Shown: in pieces, positions 1 to 7,765 of the stretch | Layout: each line of letters opens with the position of its first letter | How positions within the stretch are numbered: the first letter of the stretch is position 1 | Assembly: GCA_964475825.1 (NCBI GenBank) | Contig: CAYYXT010000002.1 | Coordinates: 142,790-174,789 of the forward strand | DNA from: an uncultured Nitrosopumilaceae archaeon | Lineage (GTDB): Archaea; Thermoproteota; Nitrososphaeria; Nitrososphaerales; Nitrosopumilaceae | DNA: 32,000 nt | Direction: 5' to 3' | Program-made: the position numbers and the translations under genes | Notes under the pieces: model-generated | The model's database searches: none | The model's input: the letters and a program-made list of their open reading frames with translations, nothing else | Told to the model about the DNA's origin: nothing

Positions 1-566
1 TTCGACAGGGTCTTTTGTGAACTCGATGTCTTTTTTTCTAATACTGATTGCCTCGCCAATTCTCATACCACTATCTTTCAATGTCATGTATAGAACTCGT
101 TTTGATCTTGAAGCATACTCCATAATCAATTTCAATTCTTCTTTTGTTAATGGGTCTGGGTCAAAATTTTCAATCTGTGGAAATCGGACCTTTCTTTTGA
201 ACTGTCTATCATTAAAGACTAGCCCAAAACAATCATCGAGAATATTTTTGAGTGATTTTATGTAATTTTTAATGGTTCTAGAGTGTAGAGGCTTGAATGG
301 TCGTTGACAGTTTTTCATACCAAAAGGAATCATGATTCCTGGGTGTTCTTCTTGCAACCATACGATAAATTGTTAAGAACAAAGAGTGTCTTATCCTCGT
401 TTTTTTCTTTTCCCAAATCCTTGAATAGTTGTAGGCCTGAAACCTGAAATCGTTCCATACTAAACCTATCAAGTTGAGATAGTGCTGATTTTGCTATGTT
501 TGCCTGTGCATTTGATCGCTCTGCTAGAAATTGTTCTACTGTGTATCGTTCCTGAATGTAACTCAT
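1..566 (-). pseudogene. Tyrosine recombinase / phage-type integrase. The 3' part runs off the window and the frame is broken by a 1-nt shift near 367-369.
   Basis: Track ORF 330..566 (MSYIQERYTVEQFLAERSNAQANIAKSAL...) resembles an integrase N-terminal core-binding domain. By hand translation, the minus-strand frame with codons at 1-3, 4-6 and so on is open from 372 to the window edge. It reads QFIVWLQEEHPG...LTKEELKLIMEYASRSKRVLYMTLKDSGMRIGEAISIRKKDIEFTKDPVE. The GMRIGE box is typical of the first catalytic Arg region of tyrosine recombinases. The two frames join at ...FVLNN|FIVWL... in an A/T homopolymer. Confidence 0.6.
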
Positions 567-671
567 GTTGTTACAATACCCTGTTTTATGGAATATAAGG
601 AACGGATAAGTTAACGATTTGATACATTTATCGATGAAACAATAAATAAAATCAAAAATTCCAGTTCTATT

Positions 672-1079
672 ATGAGTTGTATTTTTTGTGATATCTTATC
701 TGGAATTAGAGATGGTCATATCCTGTATGAGGATGCATCGCATGTTGCATTTTTGGACAAATATCCAATTGATGTTGGTCATAGTTTAGTGGTTCCAAAA
801 GAACATCATGAAAGAATAACTGATATGGATTCTAAAGCAGTAGGGGACTTGTTTTCAATAGTTCCAAAAATAGCAAATGCAATTTTAACTGCTACATGTG
901 CGGACGCATTTAGTCTTGGACAAAACAATGGTCGAGCTGCAAAACAGATTATTCCACATGTTCATGTTCATATCATTCCAAGATATAATCACAAAGGAAC
1001 AATTTGGACAAAACGTTCAATATCAAATGATGAAGAACTTTTCGCTCTGGCAAAAAAAATCAAAGAATTACTTATTTAG
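672..1079 (+). CDS. HIT (histidine triad) family nucleotide hydrolase/transferase
   Basis: 135 aa with the histidine triad PHVHVHIIPR near the C-terminus and a CIFC N-terminal region typical of HIT/Hint proteins. An AATAAATAAAA box lies about 27 nt upstream of the ATG. Confidence 0.9.
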   Translation: MSCIFCDILSGIRDGHILYEDASHVAFLDKYPIDVGHSLVVPKEHHERITDMDSKAVGDLFSIVPKIANAILTATCADAFSLGQNNGRAAKQIIPHVHVHIIPRYNHKGTIWTKRSISNDEELFALAKKIKELLI

Positions 1080-2352
1080 CATGACCTGGATTGTATCGAA
1101 GTATTGCTCCTACTTTGCCTAAGCTTGATAACATAACTCCATGTTCTGCACTTCCTGATACTACTTCTAATCTGCTTCCTGTTTTTGCTGCAATCAATTC
1201 CAAATAATCTACAATATCTTGTTCATTTGCTTCTACTTCCATTGAATTACAACCCGGACAAGGACTGTTTGTAAATTTTGTCTTTTTTGGAATGACATCT
1301 CGTCTTTCAACAATTTCTTCTTGAATATGTTGGCATCTACGACATTTTCCTTCAATTCGATTTAAGTTTGTGTCATCCGTAATAATCAATATTTTTACTA
1401 CATTATTTTTAAGAAGATCAATAACATCTTGGAGTCCGTACACTCCTAACCCTGAATGAGAGTTTATGTCTCTAAACAGATCTTCAATTAGTTTCTTTTC
1501 TTCTACCATTCTGAAATCTGAAAGAAGGTCTGCTGACTTTGCAAATGCTTCTCTAATTCCTTCTGCTCCAGAATATGATGCATCTATTGTATCTATGATC
1601 ATATTTTGCAATCTATATTCCAAATAATTTCCGTTGATGAAATCTTCTTTTGTAGGACCGGGTCCTGAAATAATTAAACCTTTAACAGGATAAATATCGA
1701 TAAAATACTCTCGAGTAGTCCCTGCTACTCTGTTGTAAAAATATGAAAGCTCCATCTCCCTTAATTTCTGGAATCTTTTTGCAGATTGTCCTCCTTGCCT
1801 ATGCTTTCCTGCTACTCCCGAACCTGTTTGTGATAGAACTTCTATTTTATCACCATGAAGTAATCCCCATCCTGCATCTTTGGCATCAATAGCTAAAAAT
1901 CCAATTAGGTTGTCATCTTTTAACATGTCTTTTAGAATATCTACATGAAAATGATCATCACATCTGTACAGATACTGTTTCAAGTCCTTTGGAGGATCAA
2001 TCTCCCAAACTTTTACTACTTCACTTCCTAATGGACCGCCCTCTTCTGGTGGCAATGCTCCGCAAAACATTACTAGTCCTCTTTCAGGGGTCTTTTTGAG
2101 TAGTTTTAGTCTCTGAATTACTTTACCTAGTGAATTTACAACATGTGATCTTGTCAGATCTGATTTTATATTATCTGCAGTTCCCTGTTCTTGTTGTAAT
2201 GTGCTAATAATTTCATGTAGTTGTTTTCCTTTTGGAATGTACACGCTAATTAGTTCAGTTCCTCTGCCTGATTTTTGTGATAATTCCTCCAACATTTTTC
2301 TAATTTTATAAAGTTTAACAGAATCTATTTTTTCTATGTTGATCTTTTCCAT
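1072..2352 (-). CDS. prf1: Peptide chain release factor aRF1
   Basis: 426 aa with the NIKS stop-codon recognition motif (TADNIKSDL) and the GGQ peptidyl-hydrolysis motif (HRQGGQSAKRF). The C-terminal domain contains CRRC...CPGC. Its 3' end overlaps the convergent HIT gene by 8 nt. Confidence 0.95.
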   Translation of the reverse strand: MEKINIEKIDSVKLYKIRKMLEELSQKSGRGTELISVYIPKGKQLHEIISTLQQEQGTADNIKSDLTRSHVVNSLGKVIQRLKLLKKTPERGLVMFCGALPPEEGGPLGSEVVKVWEIDPPKDLKQYLYRCDDHFHVDILKDMLKDDNLIGFLAIDAKDAGWGLLHGDKIEVLSQTGSGVAGKHRQGGQSAKRFQKLREMELSYFYNRVAGTTREYFIDIYPVKGLIISGPGPTKEDFINGNYLEYRLQNMIIDTIDASYSGAEGIREAFAKSADLLSDFRMVEEKKLIEDLFRDINSHSGLGVYGLQDVIDLLKNNVVKILIITDDTNLNRIEGKCRRCQHIQEEIVERRDVIPKKTKFTNSPCPGCNSMEVEANEQDIVDYLELIAAKTGSRLEVVSGSAEHGVMLSSLGKVGAILRYNPGHAK

Positions 2353-2416
2353 TTGTATTTTCCTCCTGTTATGCGAATATTAAGTTTGGTCGATTCAATT
2401 CTTTATCTCACTAAAA

Positions 2417-3061
2417 TTATAACTCATCAAGAGACTTTAGAAAGACTTCTAGTGGTTGGTTGCCTGTTATTTTAATTATCTTTTCATTGTTGAAAACCAA
2501 AAAAGACGGGGTTGCATAAATTCCAATTTCTTTACCAAATTCATACATCTGATTTACTCTTTCTAGATATTTGTGATCATCAAGACACTCATTGAATTTA
2601 TCTAAATCCAGACTTACTGTTGTAGCAAATTTGTCTAATGAATCACGAGTGATCCATCCTGTTCTTTCACCTCCCCAATTCTTGTATAATTCATCGTGAT
2701 ATTGCCAATATTTTCCTTGATCTTGAGCACAATACGCTGCCTCAGCGGCTAAAACAGAATCAGGACCATTCAATGGAAGGTCTTTGAACACTAGTTTTAC
2801 TTTTCCTGTTTCAATAAAATCCTGTTTAATTGTATTCAGAGTGCTTTGATGAAATTTATAACAGAATGTACACTGGTAATCACCCCATTCTAAAATTGTA
2901 ATTGATGCAGATGGATTTCCCATAATTGGTGAGCCATTTTGAATTAATTTTGATTCAGTCAATAGTTTTGAATTGTCTTCTGATTGAGGATAAAATGCCA
3001 CAAACATACCTGTTAACATTCCTATGGCTATTGGAATTGCAACCAAGTAGATCTTTTTCAT
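2417..3061 (-). CDS. Membrane-anchored DsbA-like thiol:disulfide oxidoreductase (thioredoxin fold)
   Basis: 214 aa with an N-terminal TM helix and a CxxC redox motif in ILEWGDYQCTFCYKF. The rest of the protein is colinear with the second DsbA-like ORF at 17975..18778. Confidence 0.8.
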   Translation of the reverse strand: MKKIYLVAIPIAIGMLTGMFVAFYPQSEDNSKLLTESKLIQNGSPIMGNPSASITILEWGDYQCTFCYKFHQSTLNTIKQDFIETGKVKLVFKDLPLNGPDSVLAAEAAYCAQDQGKYWQYHDELYKNWGGERTGWITRDSLDKFATTVSLDLDKFNECLDDHKYLERVNQMYEFGKEIGIYATPSFLVFNNEKIIKITGNQPLEVFLKSLDEL

Positions 3062-3102
3062 TGATTTGTTGAACTTTTTTTCTAGTAAATAGTTTCCTTA
3101 CA

Positions 3103-3633
3103 TTATACAGATGCCAAAGTCCATAACGCAGAGTTTTTTGCAGATATCTCTGCTACAAATGGATCATCTGATGATGAGATTATTATCACGTCGCCTTCAT
3201 CCGGACATAAATTTTCTAAAAGATAGTTTCCTGTTTTCATATCTTTGATAAAACACTCTTTTTCATCACCTGGAAAAACTAATTTTTTATTTTTGCATAC
3301 AATTGTAGTGCATCCTGAAGAACCATACAAAATTGCATAGTCTCTTTGCTCCAACCCTGTTTTGATTATGCTAGAATAGTTTTTGAGTAAAATTGCATGA
3401 TTATGTTTGCCTTGGATGATGCTGCATTTTTTAATTTTACATTCTTTGGGAATTGCACTCTGTATCTGATTTGTTAATTTATGTCCTTTTTCAGTAAGAA
3501 AGGTTCCCGATTTTGTTGTATCGACTATTCCTGCCTCTTTTAGATGTAAAATTAACGTCTTGACTGCACCTTCTCCTAGATGAATCTCTTTTCCAAACGT
3601 TGCCCTGCTGACAAATCTTTCTTTAGTTAGCAA
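3103..3633 (-). CDS. Uncharacterised archaeal winged-helix-like protein. The N-terminus is uncertain.
   Basis: 176 aa from a TTG start. The N-terminal segment FGKEIHLGEGAVKTLILHLKEAGIVDTTKSGTFLTEKGHKL looks like a wHTH. The frame stays open upstream to 3774 without any ATG, GTG or TTG. Confidence 0.55.
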   Translation of the reverse strand: MLTKERFVSRATFGKEIHLGEGAVKTLILHLKEAGIVDTTKSGTFLTEKGHKLTNQIQSAIPKECKIKKCSIIQGKHNHAILLKNYSSIIKTGLEQRDYAILYGSSGCTTIVCKNKKLVFPGDEKECFIKDMKTGNYLLENLCPDEGDVIIISSSDDPFVAEISAKNSALWTLASV

Positions 3634-3781
3634 TTGTAATGCCTTGAGGACATGCGGAATACTGAATGTGAGAACTTTGCTTGAACCCTTTCTGGATACT
3701 ATGTCTTGTAAAGCCTGAATGTTTTTGCGCAGAATTTTTCTTGTTTGTAATTCTATATAAATTGGATAAGCTATTCACTCA

Positions 3782-4591
3782 CTATCTCTGATGATAGTTA
3801 TTTAGAATTAACATTGCATTAGAATATCTTACAGAAATGTTTTCTTCTTTTTGATTTAAATTAATTTCTTCGAATTTATTTAACAATATTTTATTATTAA
3901 TCATATCATCTAACGCTTCTATCGAAAATGGCTTTTTAATTACTTCGATTGCCTTGTTGATTTTTGTTAATGAATCAGACACTATCTTTTCAATATAGCC
4001 TGATGCAAAAATTATTCGTTGATTTGGGTTTATCTTTAGAATTTCAATTGCTGTTTGTAATCCATTCAATACGGGCATGTTGTGGTCTAATATTACAACA
4101 TCGAAATAATTCTGTAATTGATTTAATTTTGAATGAACATATTCTTTTTGATAAATTTCTAGACACTTTTGTCCATTTTCAGCTGTTATCACATGTCTGT
4201 TATCTAACTTTAACCAATCTTGGTATAATTCTAATAGGTGTGGCTCATCGTCTGCAATAAGCAACCTCATCTGTTTTGTCTGTATACTTGGAACTTGTTC
4301 TATTGTGTTTGTCTGATTTGTTTTATTTATTCCGATTCTGTTGATTTCCATTTTTATCGGATCAAGAATTTTTGCATCTCCGACTCTTCCAAAAATCCAC
4401 TGTATCATGTCTGCAAATAATTCATAATTTCCAGTAATCTCTTTTTCAGATTTTCCACATTCTTTCATCATTGTTTGAATAATTGATTTGTACCCCTTTG
4501 TTCCATACAGATCTATTAATGACGTCTCGATAATCTGCGATATCTGATTTTCGTATCTTACATGATTAAAGTCAAATTTCGAATTGCTCAT
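3782..4591 (-). CDS. Response regulator with a C-terminal CheY-like receiver and an unknown N-terminal domain of about 105 aa
   Basis: Receiver signatures are LLIADDEPH (acidic pocket), VVILDHNMPVLNG (phospho-acceptor Asp) and VIKKPFS (conserved Lys). I recognise no motif in the N-terminal part. No kinase gene is adjacent. Confidence 0.8.
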   Translation of the reverse strand: MSNSKFDFNHVRYENQISQIIETSLIDLYGTKGYKSIIQTMMKECGKSEKEITGNYELFADMIQWIFGRVGDAKILDPIKMEINRIGINKTNQTNTIEQVPSIQTKQMRLLIADDEPHLLELYQDWLKLDNRHVITAENGQKCLEIYQKEYVHSKLNQLQNYFDVVILDHNMPVLNGLQTAIEILKINPNQRIIFASGYIEKIVSDSLTKINKAIEVIKKPFSIEALDDMINNKILLNKFEEINLNQKEENISVRYSNAMLILNNYHQR

Positions 4592-4690
4592 TTTATGATC
4601 TTCATACTATCAAATACAACAAAAGCATCAGTATGTTAGATCTAAAAATAACATTTACACTTTGAGCGTGGAATGATTTTTCTTTATTAA

Positions 4691-4707
4691 TTGGACAAAT
4701 TGTCCAA
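4691..4707. promoter_or_regulatory. Perfect 8-1-8 palindrome TTGGACAA-A-TTGTCCAA, candidate operator of the cbtBA promoter
   Basis: Read directly from the sequence. It ends 3 nt before the TTTAAATA box of cbtB. Confidence 0.35.
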
Positions 4708-4710
4708 GAA

Positions 4711-4718
4711 TTTAAATA
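4711..4718 (+). promoter_or_regulatory. TATA box (TTTAAATA) of cbtB
   Basis: Canonical archaeal TATA sequence centred about 25 nt upstream of the cbtB ATG (4740). This spacing fits a leaderless or very short-leader transcript. Confidence 0.45.
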
Positions 4719-4739
4719 TGTTCAATCAAGAGAAGCCCC

Positions 4740-4955
4740 ATGTCTCAATCAAGACAGATCAATGTATCTAAGAATGGTGTTCCGGTTATTGCAATTGTGG
4801 CATTAGCTATAATTTTTGTAGCGGGATTATTTGTTGTTGGATTTGACCAGGGACATATCTTTAGTCTAGTTTATGGTGAAGAAGCATTTCAAGACCTTTA
4901 CATTCATGAACTTACTCATGATATGAGACACGCTGCTGGCTTTCCTTGTCACTAG
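4740..4955 (+). CDS. cbtB: Cobalt transporter subunit CbtB
   Basis: 71 aa with a single TM helix and the C-terminal signature HELTHDMRHAAGFPCH typical of CbtB. It lies directly upstream of a CbtA-like gene. Confidence 0.85.
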   Translation: MSQSRQINVSKNGVPVIAIVALAIIFVAGLFVVGFDQGHIFSLVYGEEAFQDLYIHELTHDMRHAAGFPCH

Positions 4956-4967
4956 GGTTTTAACCTG

Positions 4968-5696
4968 ATGAAAACATTTCTTTTTATCCTTATTGTCATA
5001 GCTTCTGGTACTGCAGCTGGACTTATTCACGGTGGTGCAAATCTTGTCTTTGTTGAGCCATATCTTGATCAGGCAATTGGAATTGAAAATCAGCACCTAT
5101 TTACATCCGGTGAAGAAAAAGACACTCCTGAATTTAGGGCACAATATGATGACTATAGAACATGGCAAAAGAGCGGACAAGTTTTTGCAGGTGGAATTCT
5201 TGGTATTTCTATTGGTTCTCTATTTGGAATTGTTTTTGCACTTTCAAGAAATTCTCTTCCTGGAAAAACAGATATCAAAAAAGCTCTAGTTTTGGCCGGA
5301 ATAATGTGGTTGATAATTTACTTTATTCCATTTTTGAAATATCCTGCAAATCCTCCAACTGTTGGTGATCCTGAAACCGTTGTCTTGCGTGGAATTCTTT
5401 ATTTGACATTTATTGCACTTTCTGGATTTGGTGCTGTTGGATTTTACAAACTGTCTCAAAAACTAAAAACTAAAAAACTTATTGCTGTTGCCGGATATGC
5501 TGCATTTATTGGAATCATATTTGTTGCAATGCCTGAAAATCCTGACCGAATTACTGCTCCTATGGATTTAGTTGATCATTTTAGAATAATGTCTGCATTT
5601 ACCGTCTCTCTTTATTGGCTTTCATTGGGTCTTATTTTGGGCTCTTTGTGGACTCGTTATAAACCTCATAAAGAAATCACTCCTTCTTTTAATTAG
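4968..5696 (+). CDS. cbtA: Cobalt transporter subunit CbtA
   Basis: 242 aa polytopic membrane protein. The N-terminal helix is followed by an acidic loop (VEPYLDQAIGIENQH...), matching CbtA layout. The gene sits 12 nt after cbtB. Confidence 0.8.
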   Translation: MKTFLFILIVIASGTAAGLIHGGANLVFVEPYLDQAIGIENQHLFTSGEEKDTPEFRAQYDDYRTWQKSGQVFAGGILGISIGSLFGIVFALSRNSLPGKTDIKKALVLAGIMWLIIYFIPFLKYPANPPTVGDPETVVLRGILYLTFIALSGFGAVGFYKLSQKLKTKKLIAVAGYAAFIGIIFVAMPENPDRITAPMDLVDHFRIMSAFTVSLYWLSLGLILGSLWTRYKPHKEITPSFN

Positions 5697-5734
5697 TTAT
5701 TCTAAATCTCTGGAACGAGAATAATATGACGTAA

Positions 5735-5742
5735 TTTAAATA
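5735..5742 (+). promoter_or_regulatory. TATA box (TTTAAATA) of the ArsR-like gene pair
   Basis: Centred about 28 nt upstream of the TTG start at 5767. Confidence 0.4.
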
Positions 5743-5766
5743 ACTCTGTATTGTTTTTTAATCTAA

Positions 5767-6096
5767 TTGACACGACGTTTGACATTACCGCAATTAAAAA
5801 AATACGATGTTACTCAAAAAGTAATTGAAGCATTAGCAGATTCTGAATCACGTGCAATATTGTTTTCAATTATAAAAAAAGGAATGACTGCATCTGAATT
5901 ATCTGAAAAACTAAAAATCCCACTTAGTTCTGTGTATAAAAAACTAAGTGATCTTGAAGAGCTTACTCTAATTGAAGTAGAAAAATGGATGATTTCAGAT
6001 AAAGGAAGAAAATTCAAAATGTACAAAAGTCGTATAAGCAAGGCTGACATTTCCATAAGAAAACCCGATCCTATTCTTAATTTGGTGCCAAACTAG
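5767..6096 (+). CDS. ArsR/SmtB-like winged-helix transcriptional regulator (paralog 1)
   Basis: 109 aa from a TTG start. SRAILFSIIKKGMTASELSEKLKIPLSSVYKKLSDLEELTLIEVEK...GRKFKMYKS matches the ArsR-type HTH plus wing pattern. Confidence 0.7.
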   Translation: MTRRLTLPQLKKYDVTQKVIEALADSESRAILFSIIKKGMTASELSEKLKIPLSSVYKKLSDLEELTLIEVEKWMISDKGRKFKMYKSRISKADISIRKPDPILNLVPN

Positions 6097-6104
6097 TGAC
6101 CTAA

Positions 6105-6461
6105 ATGTCCAAACCAAACATAATTCAACTAAGCGCATTTGACGTCACACAAAAAATAATTGAATCTCTAAGTAGTGTATGTACACGCGCTGTGTTGTTT
6201 TCAATTAAAAATGAATCAAAAGATGCAACACAAATTGCAGATGAATTAAAGATTTCAATATCTACTGTTTACAAAACTTTGTCTAATTTAGAAGAATTGG
6301 CACTTGCAGAAGTAGATAAATTTGTGATTTCTGCTGAGGGGAAAAAAATAAAACAATATCGTAGTCGTATAGATAAGGTTGAAATTACATTAACTGATTT
6401 GGAGCCAGTCTTGAATCTTTATCCTAACCCCAACAATCCTAAATCAAATATTCAAAGCTAA
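6105..6461 (+). CDS. ArsR/SmtB-like winged-helix transcriptional regulator (paralog 2)
   Basis: 118 aa, colinear with the preceding ORF. FDVTQKIIESL / YDVTQKVIEAL, STVYKTLSNLEELALAEVDK / SSVYKKLSDLEELTLIEVEK and PVLNLYPN / PILNLVPN align pairwise. The gene starts 8 nt after paralog 1. Confidence 0.7.
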   Translation: MSKPNIIQLSAFDVTQKIIESLSSVCTRAVLFSIKNESKDATQIADELKISISTVYKTLSNLEELALAEVDKFVISAEGKKIKQYRSRIDKVEITLTDLEPVLNLYPNPNNPKSNIQS

Positions 6462-6467
6462 ATTAAT

Positions 6468-6480
6468 AAAAAATAAAAAA
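6468..6480 (-). terminator. Oligo-T tract (TTTTTTATTTTTT on the minus strand) after the PEFG-protein gene
   Basis: Archaeal terminators are typically oligo-dT runs. This tract begins 9 nt downstream of the minus-strand stop at 6489. Confidence 0.35.
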
Positions 6481-6488
6481 GATTGAAT

Positions 6489-7604
6489 TTATAATCGTGG
6501 AATTACATTTAATCTGGTTTTCTTTGTTATAACCACAATCCCGATTATTGCTATGGCCAATGCAACCATGACAACTGGTCCGAATTCTGGAACAGCAACT
6601 TCGACTATTTTCATATTTTCAAGAATGGTGTCTACTTGTGTGTTGACATCAGATGGAGAGACACCGTTTTTTATCATGTCTCTTAATTTTACTCTCATCA
6701 TGGTTTCCATTTCTTTTACCAATTCTTCCTGACCTGCTTCTTTTAGTGGTGTTTCCAAGAACTCGAAGTTATTAAGATATGCTTTGGTGGCAAGACTAAG
6801 TGCCACATCTGAATTTCCATTTTGATACTCTGTCTTTACTTGAGTGAGAAGACTCTCAATATTTTCTACGTATACTTGTAATTCCTCTTTGTTTTCTTCT
6901 TCACCTTGTATCTCGTTTATTTCATGGATGATGCCCTCTACTAATACCTCAATATTTTCTGGGTCTGCTTTTTGATCATATGCATCCCATAGTTCTGCAT
7001 AAAATTCCTCAATTTCTTCAGACTCCTGTTCTGGCAGATCTGCTCTTATTTTATCAAAGATTTGCTCGGACTTCCAGACAAATGCTGAACCATCTTGGAA
7101 TTCTGCCATCTCATGTATCTCTCCATTGGATACTGCTTCCTCATATTCTGCTTTTGATGTTGCAAGCAGTCCTTTTATCAAATCAAGTTGAAATGATGTG
7201 TCTGAGGATAGTTCTTCTCCTATTACAAGAAGTCTTGCTTGCTCGATGATTTCTTTTGCATCATTGATTGCTTTTTGTGCATCTGCTCTGGTTACAGTAG
7301 AGCCTGTTTTTTGGTCAAGATCCATGAGTGTATTTTGTACTTTTGCATCAAAATCTGAATCATGTTCTTTTAGTTCAGGTTTCATCAAACCGTATAATTC
7401 AGCTATTGGATGTGTCGCATGCACTAGTGCCAATTCCGCATTGTTTTCATCTAGATTTTTCTCAATTGCCCAAAAATGCCCAAGTGTTTCTTCTAATGAT
7501 CCAGCAAATTCTAGTTTTTCATCATATGCTGATTCTGCATAAACAGTTTGTGACAGTAATCCTAAAACAATTCCGTAAATCATAATTAGAATTTTTGTCT
7601 TCAT
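6489..7604 (-). CDS. Secreted helical protein with a PEFG-type C-terminal sorting signal, paralogous to the FTR1 ectodomain
   Basis: The signal peptide is MKTKILIMIYGIVLGLLSQTVYA. The C-terminus VAVPEFGPVVMVALAIAIIGIVVITKKTR consists of PEFG, a TM helix and a basic tail. The track starts the ORF at GTG 7616. I prefer ATG 7604 because a TTTAAATA box (7627..7634, minus strand) is centred about 26 nt upstream of it. Confidence 0.8.
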   Translation of the reverse strand: MKTKILIMIYGIVLGLLSQTVYAESAYDEKLEFAGSLEETLGHFWAIEKNLDENNAELALVHATHPIAELYGLMKPELKEHDSDFDAKVQNTLMDLDQKTGSTVTRADAQKAINDAKEIIEQARLLVIGEELSSDTSFQLDLIKGLLATSKAEYEEAVSNGEIHEMAEFQDGSAFVWKSEQIFDKIRADLPEQESEEIEEFYAELWDAYDQKADPENIEVLVEGIIHEINEIQGEEENKEELQVYVENIESLLTQVKTEYQNGNSDVALSLATKAYLNNFEFLETPLKEAGQEELVKEMETMMRVKLRDMIKNGVSPSDVNTQVDTILENMKIVEVAVPEFGPVVMVALAIAIIGIVVITKKTRLNVIPRL

Positions 7605-7626
7605 TGCGTATGCCACATTGAGATAT

Positions 7627-7634
7627 TATTTAAA
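7627..7634 (-). promoter_or_regulatory. TATA box (TTTAAATA on the minus strand) of the PEFG-protein gene
   Basis: The plus strand reads TATTTAAA. The spacing to ATG 7604 is consistent with a leaderless mRNA. Confidence 0.4.
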
Positions 7635-7658
7635 TTAAATTCTGATTTTTTTCTGTTG

Positions 7659-7674
7659 TTCTAAAAATTTAGAA
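7659..7674. promoter_or_regulatory. Palindromic element TTCTAAA-AA-TTTAGAA (followed by TAA) upstream of the minus-strand promoter
   Basis: 7-bp perfect arms. It shares TTCTAA...TAGAATAA with the second element at 7731..7746. Confidence 0.3.
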
Positions 7675-7730
7675 TAAGAATCAATAAATCATATAATTAT
7701 TTTTAAAACATGTGTACTCGTAGTTTCTCA

Positions 7731-7746
7731 TTCTAAGTTTATAGAA
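7731..7746. promoter_or_regulatory. Related element TTCTAAGTTTATAGAA (followed by TAA) upstream of the FTR1 promoter
   Basis: 15 of 19 positions are identical to the 7659 element when the trailing TAA is included. It ends 11 nt before the FTR1 TATA box. Confidence 0.3.
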
Positions 7747-7757
7747 TAAATCTTTTG

Positions 7758-7765
7758 TTTAAATA
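7758..7765 (+). promoter_or_regulatory. TATA box (TTTAAATA) of the FTR1 gene
   Basis: Centred about 31 nt upstream of the ATG at 7793. Confidence 0.4.

Noticed and set aside
17-265. 82-aa plus-strand ORF at the left edge
   Set aside because: It lies entirely antisense to the catalytic-domain frame of the integrase (GMRIGE region). The composition is low-complexity and hydrophobic, typical of a shadow ORF in AT-rich DNA.
752-767. TTGGACAAATATCCAA, resembling the cbtB operator palindrome
   Set aside because: It lies inside the HIT coding region, where it encodes the conserved FLDKYPI segment. The right arm is imperfect. It is most likely coincidental.
1290-1400. CRRC...CPGC four-Cys insertion in the C-terminal domain of aRF1
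   Set aside because: It looks like a zinc-ribbon insertion. I believe comparable Cys-containing mini-domains occur in this region of other archaeal aRF1 and eukaryotic eRF1 proteins, though I could not verify this. It is probably family-typical rather than novel.
4866-5096. 76-aa minus-strand ORF spanning the cbtB-cbtA junction
   Set aside because: It is antisense to two well-supported genes, is Lys/Asn-rich and has no motif. It is a shadow ORF.
7198-7542. 114-aa plus-strand ORF, plus 6980..7249 and 7328..7585, inside the PEFG-protein gene
   Set aside because: All are antisense to a gene with a clear signal peptide, sorting signal and paralogy support. They are Ser/Phe-rich shadow frames.
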